A stretch of DNA of 14,761 bases, taken from Candidatus Omnitrophota bacterium (lineage in GTDB: Bacteria > Ratteibacteria > UBA8468 > MWAK01). Shown here one piece after another: positions 8,197 through 14,761 of the stretch. The DNA is taken from the NCBI GenBank assembly GCA_043797665.1, contig JAZDPL010000021.1, positions 1-14,761 of the forward strand, given 5' to 3'. Within the stretch, counting starts at the first letter, position 1; every line of letters begins with the position of its first letter. The notes under the pieces were generated by a model. It was not told the origin of the DNA. It searched no databases and saw only the letters and a program-made list of their open reading frames with translations. The position numbers and the translations under genes were made by a program.

Positions 8197-8990
8197 GGAT
8201 AGATTTGAAAGACAAAGTCGCGATTATTACCGGCGGTGCGGCGGGCATCGGCAAGGCTTGTGCAAAACTGATGCTGGAAAATTCTGCTCTGGTAATCATC
8301 GCAGACATCAATACTGAAGAAGGAAAAAAGACCATTACAGAACTATCCGCCCTCGGCAGTTGTGAATTTATCCGGACAGACGTTTCTGACCAAAAAAGCG
8401 TGGGAAATTTAGTGGAAGATGTCGTCAATAAATACAAAAGGATAGATATCATCGTCAACAACGCCGGCATCAATATTAACAAAGCCGAAGACCGTGTCAA
8501 TATTGACCAGTTTGTCTTTGAGGATTGGAAAAATATCCTGGATGTTGACCTCAACGGAGTATTTTATTGCTCTAAGGCGGTATCAAAAGTGATGATAAAA
8601 CAGAAATCGGGCAGAATTATCAATATCGGTTCTGTTTTTGGAAATGTTCCGGCCAGAAAACAGATCGCCTATGTGGCGGCAAAAGCCGGTGTGCACAATA
8701 TGACCAGAGCGATGGCTTTAGAATTAGCGCCGTACGGAATCAACGTCAATGCGGTAGCACCCGGTTCCACGCTCACCGAGGGTACCAGGATGTTGTTTTA
8801 CGGGGATGATGCGGCCCAGGCTGAAGTGGCGGAACGAATGTTATCCCATATTCCGTTAGGCCGCCCCGGCGAGCCGGAAGATATTGCCAACGCGGTACTC
8901 TTCCTTTCCGGTGAGGAGAGTAACTACATCACCGGCCATGTTTTAACCGTGGACGGTGGCTGGACCTGCGGATACACCAGAGACTTTTAA
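8193..8990 (+). CDS. Short-chain dehydrogenase/reductase (classical SDR, probably NAD-preferring), 265 aa
   Basis: Motifs TGGAAGIG, ADIN (acidic residue after beta-2), NNAG, YVAAK, VNAVAPG and VDGG. ATGA overlap with the upstream gene; SD AGGAGG at 8184-8189. Confidence 0.95.
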   Translation: MRIDLKDKVAIITGGAAGIGKACAKLMLENSALVIIADINTEEGKKTITELSALGSCEFIRTDVSDQKSVGNLVEDVVNKYKRIDIIVNNAGININKAEDRVNIDQFVFEDWKNILDVDLNGVFYCSKAVSKVMIKQKSGRIINIGSVFGNVPARKQIAYVAAKAGVHNMTRAMALELAPYGINVNAVAPGSTLTEGTRMLFYGDDAAQAEVAERMLSHIPLGRPGEPEDIANAVLFLSGEESNYITGHVLTVDGGWTCGYTRDF

Positions 8991-9000
8991 GGAGGAACAT

Positions 9001-9963
9001 ATGCTTAAGGTTGCGGTTACCGATTATAACTTTGGAGACCTTGCGGTAGAAAAGGAAATTCTGGAACCATTGGGTTGTGAGATAAAGAGTCAACAGAAGT
9101 ATGAAGACCAGCAAAACCTGATTGACCTGGTTGCGGACGCGGATTATGTAATCACCCAGTTTGCGCCGGTAACCGGTCCGGTTGTCAATGCGATGGAAAG
9201 ATGCAAGGTCATCGTCCGGTATGGCATCGGCGTGGACAACGTGGACCTGGTTACTGCCGCAAAGAAAGGCATTCCGGTCTGTAATGTTCCTGACTATTGC
9301 ATTGACGAGGTCGCCGATCATACCCTGGCGTTGATTTTAGCCTTAACCCGAAAGGTGGTGCCTAACCGGGAAAACATCAAAAACGGGAGATGGGGACTGG
9401 CCGTTCCGCTGGAACAAATGCAGGTGCTAAAGAGGACGACCGTAGGAGTGGTGGCTTACGGCAAGATTGGTCGGGAAGTGGCTCTCCGGCTCAAGGGGTT
9501 CAAATGCCCTGTCCTGGTCTTCGACCCGTTCGTTGATTCTTCGGTAATTGAACGGGATGGCTTTATTCCGGCAACCATGGAAGAGGTCTTTACCAAAAGC
9601 GACCTTATCTCTCTGCACTGTCCCAGTACCGCGGAAACAAAATATCTGATTAATGCGGAAAGTATTGGAAAAATGAAGAAAGGCGTCCTTCTGGTCAATA
9701 CCTCCCGCGGAACACTGGTGAAAACTGATGACCTGATTATGGCGCTGAAAAGCGGGCAAATCGGCGCGGTGGCCCTGGATGTGACTGACCCGGAACCAAT
9801 TCCTGCCGACAGCCCGTTACTGAAGATGGAAAACGTGGTGATTGGCAGCCATATCGCCTGGGCCAGCATAACCTCCGTACAAACCCTCCGCAGGAGTGCA
9901 GCGGACATTGTTGCCTGTGCCATAAAGGGTGAGGAACTGCCTAATATAGTCAAAATAAAATAA
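9001..9963 (+). CDS. D-isomer-specific 2-hydroxyacid dehydrogenase (CtBP/SerA-like), 320 aa
   Basis: SD AAGGAGG at 8989-8995 precedes ATG 9001. Motifs RYGIGVDNVD, NVPDYC, EVADH, AYGKIG, NTSRG, ALDV...EP and SHIA. Confidence 0.93.
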   Translation: MLKVAVTDYNFGDLAVEKEILEPLGCEIKSQQKYEDQQNLIDLVADADYVITQFAPVTGPVVNAMERCKVIVRYGIGVDNVDLVTAAKKGIPVCNVPDYCIDEVADHTLALILALTRKVVPNRENIKNGRWGLAVPLEQMQVLKRTTVGVVAYGKIGREVALRLKGFKCPVLVFDPFVDSSVIERDGFIPATMEEVFTKSDLISLHCPSTAETKYLINAESIGKMKKGVLLVNTSRGTLVKTDDLIMALKSGQIGAVALDVTDPEPIPADSPLLKMENVVIGSHIAWASITSVQTLRRSAADIVACAIKGEELPNIVKIK

Positions 9964-9964
9964 G

Positions 9965-10762
9965 ATGAACTTAGAAAAGGAAAAGAGACCGATAAGAATC
10001 TCTCAGGTTATTAAAGAAGAGAAGGTGAAAACAGACACAATCGCTGTCTTTTATTTGGCTCAGGCAGGTTTCTGTTTCAAAGATAGCCGTGGACAAACTG
10101 TATACTTGGACCCTTACCTGACCGATAGCTGTAACCGCCTCTTCGGTTTTAAGCGGATGATTCCCTCGGTCATTACTCCAGAAGAGGTTAACGCTGACAT
10201 CCTGGTTTCTACTCATAGTCACCTTGACCATCTGGATGTGGATGCGGTCCCCAGCTTCGCCAAAAACCCAAAAACCTGCTTTGTAGGTTCACCGGACTGC
10301 GAAGAGGTCTACCGGAAATTTCGTATTCCTGAACAGAGATACTCCATCCTCAAAAGAGGACATTCTGTAACCATTAAAGGGATAACCTTAAAGGCCACCT
10401 ACGCTGACCACGGCAAACTGGCGCCAGAAGCGGTTGGTTTCCTGATAGACCTTGACGGAATTAAGATTTACAATGTCGGCGATAGCGCTTATGCTCCAAA
10501 AAAGATTATGGATTCCCTTAAGACAAAGGTGGATATCATGATTTCGCCGATAAATGGCAAATTCGGAAATATGGATGCTAAAGAAACCTGCCGATTGGCT
10601 GGCGTTATCAAACCAAAAATTCTAATCGCCAGCCACTTCTGGATGTTTATCCAACACAATGGAGACCCGGAAAAATTCTTAAAGGAAGCCAAAAAACTTC
10701 CCGAAGGAATAAGGGCTTTGGTCATGGCGCCCGGCGAAAAACTTATCTATGTTCAAGGATGA
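9965..10762 (+). CDS. Metallo-beta-lactamase-fold hydrolase, UlaG (sugar-lactonase)-like, 265 aa
   Basis: Motifs LAQAGF, LDPYL, THSHLDHLD (HxHxDH), ADH, GDS, PINGKFGNM and SHFWMF. Confidence 0.88.
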   Translation: MNLEKEKRPIRISQVIKEEKVKTDTIAVFYLAQAGFCFKDSRGQTVYLDPYLTDSCNRLFGFKRMIPSVITPEEVNADILVSTHSHLDHLDVDAVPSFAKNPKTCFVGSPDCEEVYRKFRIPEQRYSILKRGHSVTIKGITLKATYADHGKLAPEAVGFLIDLDGIKIYNVGDSAYAPKKIMDSLKTKVDIMISPINGKFGNMDAKETCRLAGVIKPKILIASHFWMFIQHNGDPEKFLKEAKKLPEGIRALVMAPGEKLIYVQG

Positions 10763-10766
10763 TATT

Positions 10767-11828
10767 ATGAAAAAGATGATGAAGGCCGCCCGGATATTTG
10801 GAGTAAATGACATCAGAATCGTTGAGGTACCGGTGCCGGAATTAGGTTCTCATGACGTTCTCTGCCGGGTAGTAAAGGTGGGTGTCTGCGGAACCGACTA
10901 TTCCATCTATACCGGGACATTATCGTTTATCAAGACCGGTGCCATTAAGTTTCCGATGACCCCGGGTCACGAATGGTCTGGAATCGTAGAAAAGTCCGGT
11001 TCAGCGGTGGAAAATTTCAAGACCGGCGACCGGGTCGTCGGCGATACGATGGTTTCTTGCGGGGTTTGTTACGACTGCCTGGTGGGTGCCTACAGCCACT
11101 GCAAAAAGGGACGCGCGGTCGGAACAATCTATACCTGGGACGGCGCCTACGCGGAATACATTATGATGCCGGACCGGCACCTCTTCCATCTTCCGGACCC
11201 GGTGAGTTTTGATAACGGAGCGATGGTGGAACCGGCTGCCACCGCTCTCTATTCGGTTACCCGGGCTAACGTTAAAATTGCGGATACGGTTTTAGTCCAC
11301 GGAACGGGACCAATCGGAATAATGGCGGCTAAATTGGCAAAACTCTGTGGAGCGGTCAAGGTAATTATCACCGGCCGGAAAGAATTTAAGTTACAGAAGG
11401 CGCTTGCTTTAGGGGCAGATTTTGCTATCAACACCACCCGAGAAAACCTTGCGGAAAATGTCCGGGAATACGCTGGTCCTGGTGGTGTGGACAAGGTTAT
11501 TGAAGCCTCCGGCTCAACCCAACTCTTTACCGAATCGCTCGGCCTGGTCAAGCCCGGCGGTATCATTTCCATAGTCGCCTTCTATGAAAAAGAACTGGAA
11601 CGGTTTGACTTGGACAAATTCGTGATGAGCGACCTTACCATCCGGGCGGTCCCGGGAAGTTTAGGGATGTACGGACCAATCCTGAAATTGATGGCTTCCG
11701 GTACCATAGATTTTACTCCGCTCATCACCGGAAGATACCCTTTCGGAGAGGTTGAACAGGCTTTACAGGATATGGGAACCAAAAACGATACCCGCATCAA
11801 AATTATGCTGGAGATGACGGAGACCTAA
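10767..11828 (+). CDS. Zn-dependent medium-chain (sugar alcohol/threonine-type) dehydrogenase, ~353 aa
   Basis: Motifs CGTD, GHE, structural Zn CxxCxxCx7C (CGVCYDCLVGAYSHC) and GTGPIG. ATG 10767 follows AAGGA; 10749, 10776 and 10779 are alternative starts. Confidence 0.93.
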   Translation: MKKMMKAARIFGVNDIRIVEVPVPELGSHDVLCRVVKVGVCGTDYSIYTGTLSFIKTGAIKFPMTPGHEWSGIVEKSGSAVENFKTGDRVVGDTMVSCGVCYDCLVGAYSHCKKGRAVGTIYTWDGAYAEYIMMPDRHLFHLPDPVSFDNGAMVEPAATALYSVTRANVKIADTVLVHGTGPIGIMAAKLAKLCGAVKVIITGRKEFKLQKALALGADFAINTTRENLAENVREYAGPGGVDKVIEASGSTQLFTESLGLVKPGGIISIVAFYEKELERFDLDKFVMSDLTIRAVPGSLGMYGPILKLMASGTIDFTPLITGRYPFGEVEQALQDMGTKNDTRIKIMLEMTET

Positions 11829-11829
11829 T

Positions 11830-11857
11830 GTCAAAATTTGTCATGCGTTTATATTAA
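11830..11857 (+). repeat. 28-bp intergenic motif, copy 2
   Basis: GTCAAAATTTGTCATGCGTTTATATTAA is 24/28 identical to 7189-7216. It lies between the dehydrogenase stop and the SD (GGGAGG) of pilin-like copy 2. Confidence 0.8.
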
Positions 11858-11872
11858 ACGGGAGGGTGTAAA

Positions 11873-12547
11873 ATGGTTAAGAAAATGCTAAACAGGATGG
11901 GCTTCACGCTCATAGAGCTTTTGGTGGTAATTGCGATAATCGCGCTTCTGGCGGCGATGTTGTTACCGGCTTTGAGCCGGGCACGGGAGAAAGCGAAGCA
12001 GGCGCAATGTATCAACAACTTAAAGCAGATTGGGCTGGCTGTGGCAATGTACGCACAGGATTATGACGAGTGGTTTCCTTGCACCGAAGGAAGTCCCTGG
12101 TATGTAGGCCCTGCCCACCCCTTGAATTACTGGTGGACTAAATTACTTTACGACTTAGGATACATCCAGAACGCAGGTGTTCTCGTTTGCCCGAGTTGTT
12201 CTCCGTACCAATTTCGTATCCTCCCCGACCACCCCAACTACGCTTGGGGCCGTACCTATGGGTTCATCCAAGGTGCATCCGTCCGGTTAAAAGAGGTTAC
12301 CGACCCCACCTCGGCTGGTTTGATAGCCGATTCCATAGGTGTTGACAATGATCTTTTTCAATCTGCTTTTGTTTTATATTGGTATTACCCCGATTGGCCG
12401 ATACATATCCATCGCCGCCATACAGGATTTGCCAATGTTTTATTTTGGGATGGTCATGTAGCCTCCTGTAGCGATTCGGATTTGAGGGAAATTCTTAACA
12501 ACGCGGGTGAAAGTTTCATCACTTATAGTTATCCCGGAAATCCATAA
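11873..12547 (+). CDS. Prepilin-type N-terminal cleavage/methylation protein with H-X9-DG domain (DUF1559-like), copy 2, 224 aa
   Basis: SD GGGAGG at 11860-11865. Leader [21 protein letters not shown], then CINNLKQIG and [15 protein letters not shown]. Confidence 0.95.
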   Translation: MVKKMLNRMGFTLIELLVVIAIIALLAAMLLPALSRAREKAKQAQCINNLKQIGLAVAMYAQDYDEWFPCTEGSPWYVGPAHPLNYWWTKLLYDLGYIQNAGVLVCPSCSPYQFRILPDHPNYAWGRTYGFIQGASVRLKEVTDPTSAGLIADSIGVDNDLFQSAFVLYWYYPDWPIHIHRRHTGFANVLFWDGHVASCSDSDLREILNNAGESFITYSYPGNP

Positions 12548-12565
12548 TCAAACTATTCCTTATAA
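11975..12565 (+). repeat. Direct repeat copy 2 (591 bp), ~95% identical to 3482-4075
   Basis: The offset from copy 1 is 8493 bp before the 3-bp indel and 8490 bp after it. Confidence 0.97.
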
Positions 12566-12581
12566 CTCAGAGGAGGCATCT

Positions 12582-14636
12582 ATGTCACTGCAAAGAAACA
12601 TTTCATTTACTGATGAACGAACCCGCTGGTGGCGCGAAGCGCGTTTAGGCATGTTTATTCACTGGGGCTTATATTCTATACCGGCGCGCGGCGAATGGGT
12701 GATGTACAACGAGCGCGTGCCGATAAAAGAGTATGAGAAGCTCCGGAAAATCTTTAATCCGACGGGATATAATCCCCGTTCATGGGCCAGACTCGCCAGA
12801 TCCGCCGGCATGAAATACATGGTGCTCACCACCAAACATTGTGACGGATTCTGCCTTTTTGACAGCAAACTCACCGATTATACATCCATGTATACACCAG
12901 CGCGGCGCGATCTGGTCAGAGAATATGTGGATGCCTGCCGGTACGAAGGCCTACGCGTGGGCTTTTATCATTCCGTTTTTGACTGGCATCATCCTAATTA
13001 TCCATGGCACATGCATTCAAATTACACCCCCATTGACAAGACGTTTATCAAGCCGGACGAGAAAACATATTATCAATACCTGATGGGACAATTACGCGAG
13101 CTTCTGACCAACTACGGCAAAATCGACGTACTCTGGTTCGACATAACCTACGAAAATCTTGACGCCAGACCGTTAGCCAAAATGATCCGAACCCTCCAAC
13201 CTGATATCATGATCAATAACCGTGCTGACCACGATCATGGAGACGGCAATTATAACCGGCTGGGTATCATGGGCGATTTTCTGACTCCCGAACAATTCAT
13301 TCCCAAAGGTCAAATGACAATTGACGGCCAACCCGTTCTCTGGGAAACATGCAATACATTGACGGGGAATGTCTGGGGATACGATAAATATGACAACAAC
13401 TTCCGTGCACCGGAAGAATTCATTAAAATGATATCTCTCAGCGCCGGAGGCGGCGGTAACATGCTGTTGAATGTCGGGCCGCGTCCCGATGGTTCTATCC
13501 AATCGGAAGCCGTACACATTCTCAACGGGATCGGCAAATGGATACGGAAATACGGCGAATCAATTTACGGCACTTCCGCCGGTCCGGCCTGCTCTCTTCC
13601 TTACGGTATAATGACTGCAAAAGGGCATCGCATCTATCTCCACGTCTTTGACTGGCCAAAAAACGGCCGGCTTTCCCTGCCTCCGTTAAAGGACAAGCCG
13701 ATATCAGCGTCAGTGTTAGGCGGCCGGAAATTGTCATTGTCCGGCAACAATATACTTGTGCCGCGTGTTGCGCCGAATAAAGACAATTCCGTGCTGGTAC
13801 TGGATTATGAAAATATGGACGCGCTGAAACCGACCGTCAGCGTAGTGACGTCCACAGGCAGTTCTGTAAAACCGATCCGACAGATGAAGAAAATATCAGC
13901 GAAACGTCCCGTTGACTATGTGGTTAAACCGGGCAAACCTGTTGTTCTGGATGGCGGAATTCGTTTCCAAGACTGGAAACATGCAAAATCAATCCGCGTA
14001 ACGGACAGGCATAATTGGGACGAACCAATGGGACGCTGTGCTCCGCCGAAAACGGGCGAATGCGCGTATACATTGCGCATGATGCATGCGGAAGCGACGT
14101 TATATATCGCCGTTGAAATTGAAAGCCCTTCGCCGATCTCAAAATCAATCCTCTGGCTCGGCGATTCCGCGGAAATTGTGATGGGAGGGAATCCGAAAGA
14201 AAATGAACTGCGACATAATCGCGAGTCATTTCAAATCCTCGTGGACGTTGACGGCAATATAATGACACCTAAAGAATCCAACATCCCTGGTCTTGTCTTC
14301 AGACATACGGCATGCAGAACGAAGAAGGGATTTAATATTGTATTAGCGCTTCCTTTCGGCGTTCTTCTAAAAGACGCTCAACGGCCTGATTCGGCAATTC
14401 AAATCGGCGATAAGATTGATTTCAACATAGTAGTCAACCAGGCGGACGTCGGTCCGGGTTCGTATTGGAACGAGTATCAGGGGACACTGAAAAAAGGCCA
14501 ACCTTGGTGGACCGTCAAACCACCGGCGTCGCCCATGCTTCGGCATCGGGTATTCTGGAAGGGAAGAGGTAAAGAGAACCGTCCATTAACCAATCGCCGG
14601 GAATGGGGACGGGTAAAAATAGGAGGAACAACATGA
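12582..14636 (+). CDS. GH29 alpha-L-fucosidase family protein with C-terminal beta-sandwich and CBM9/DOMON-like domain, 684 aa
   Basis: SD AGGAGG at 12571-12576 precedes ATG 12582. Catalytic-domain motifs are GMFIHWGLYS, TTKHCDGF, WFD, TPEQ, NMLLNVGP and IYLHVFDWP. The C-terminal KPVVLDG...W...LYIAVEI...WLGDSAEI...ALPF...GDKIDFNIVVNQAD pattern is CBM9-like. Confidence 0.9.
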   Translation: MSLQRNISFTDERTRWWREARLGMFIHWGLYSIPARGEWVMYNERVPIKEYEKLRKIFNPTGYNPRSWARLARSAGMKYMVLTTKHCDGFCLFDSKLTDYTSMYTPARRDLVREYVDACRYEGLRVGFYHSVFDWHHPNYPWHMHSNYTPIDKTFIKPDEKTYYQYLMGQLRELLTNYGKIDVLWFDITYENLDARPLAKMIRTLQPDIMINNRADHDHGDGNYNRLGIMGDFLTPEQFIPKGQMTIDGQPVLWETCNTLTGNVWGYDKYDNNFRAPEEFIKMISLSAGGGGNMLLNVGPRPDGSIQSEAVHILNGIGKWIRKYGESIYGTSAGPACSLPYGIMTAKGHRIYLHVFDWPKNGRLSLPPLKDKPISASVLGGRKLSLSGNNILVPRVAPNKDNSVLVLDYENMDALKPTVSVVTSTGSSVKPIRQMKKISAKRPVDYVVKPGKPVVLDGGIRFQDWKHAKSIRVTDRHNWDEPMGRCAPPKTGECAYTLRMMHAEATLYIAVEIESPSPISKSILWLGDSAEIVMGGNPKENELRHNRESFQILVDVDGNIMTPKESNIPGLVFRHTACRTKKGFNIVLALPFGVLLKDAQRPDSAIQIGDKIDFNIVVNQADVGPGSYWNEYQGTLKKGQPWWTVKPPASPMLRHRVFWKGRGKENRPLTNRREWGRVKIGGTT

Positions 14637-14761
14637 CGAGGAATGTAATTTTTGTGTGTTTGTGTCTGGGTATTGCCCTATCGCTCCGCGCGGCGGAGAA
14701 ACGGGAATATCCCTGTTACCGGCTGGCGAAAGCGCCGGCGTTGGATGGCAACATAGATAAG
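14633..14761 (+). CDS. Secreted protein, 3'-truncated; signal peptide followed by a CBM9-like start
   Basis: SD AGGAGG at 14621-14626 and ATGA overlap with the upstream stop. It translates as MTRNVIFVCLCLGIALSLRA-AEKREYPCYRLAKAPALDGNIDK and is open to the window end. Confidence 0.8.
   Translation, partial: MTRNVIFVCLCLGIALSLRAAEKREYPCYRLAKAPALDGNIDK

Noticed and set aside
3482..12565. Diversity-generating retroelement, with one repeat as template and the other as variable region
   Set aside because: 14 of the 28 mismatches involve no adenine in either copy, and neither copy is consistently A (or T) at the variable sites. There is a codon indel, both copies are intact genes, and no reverse transcriptase is in the window. 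A remote template acting on both copies cannot be strictly excluded.
12507..12581. Upstream start of GH29 copy 2 (and likewise 7120, 8956 and 5004 for other genes)
   Set aside because: These extensions overlap upstream genes or repeats. Downstream ATGs fit the SD positions or family N-termini better.
1..14761. CRISPR array, tRNA/rRNA, transposase or integrase
   Set aside because: I saw no regularly spaced repeats, RNA-gene signatures or recombinase motifs.

Overview
All credible genes in this window lie on the + strand and form a carbohydrate-utilisation-type locus. The gene content resembles PVC-superphylum-related bacteria; that placement is an inference. In order: a 5'-truncated >1000-aa hypothetical protein; a probable deletion remnant; a prepilin-type/H-X9-DG (DUF1559-like) gene followed by a short GH29 alpha-L-fucosidase; a UROD/MtaA-fold protein; ThDP-dependent E1 alpha and beta subunits with no E2/E3 in the window; an SDR; a D-2-hydroxyacid dehydrogenase; a metallo-beta-lactamase-fold hydrolase; a Zn-dependent dehydrogenase; a second pilin-like gene followed by a GH29 with a CBM9-like C-terminus; and the start of a secreted protein. 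The most striking structure is a ~594-bp direct repeat of ~95% identity (3482-4075 / 11975-12565). It covers the bodies of the two pilin-like genes but not their prepilin leaders. The leaders are full of synonymous differences, while the bodies are identical except for mostly non-synonymous patches. This suggests cassette exchange or gene conversion plus diversification of pilin-like proteins, each coupled to a fucosidase. Also present: a GTAG-type REP doublet with a nested hairpin that supplies the E1-alpha stop codon, and a 28-bp intergenic motif found twice.
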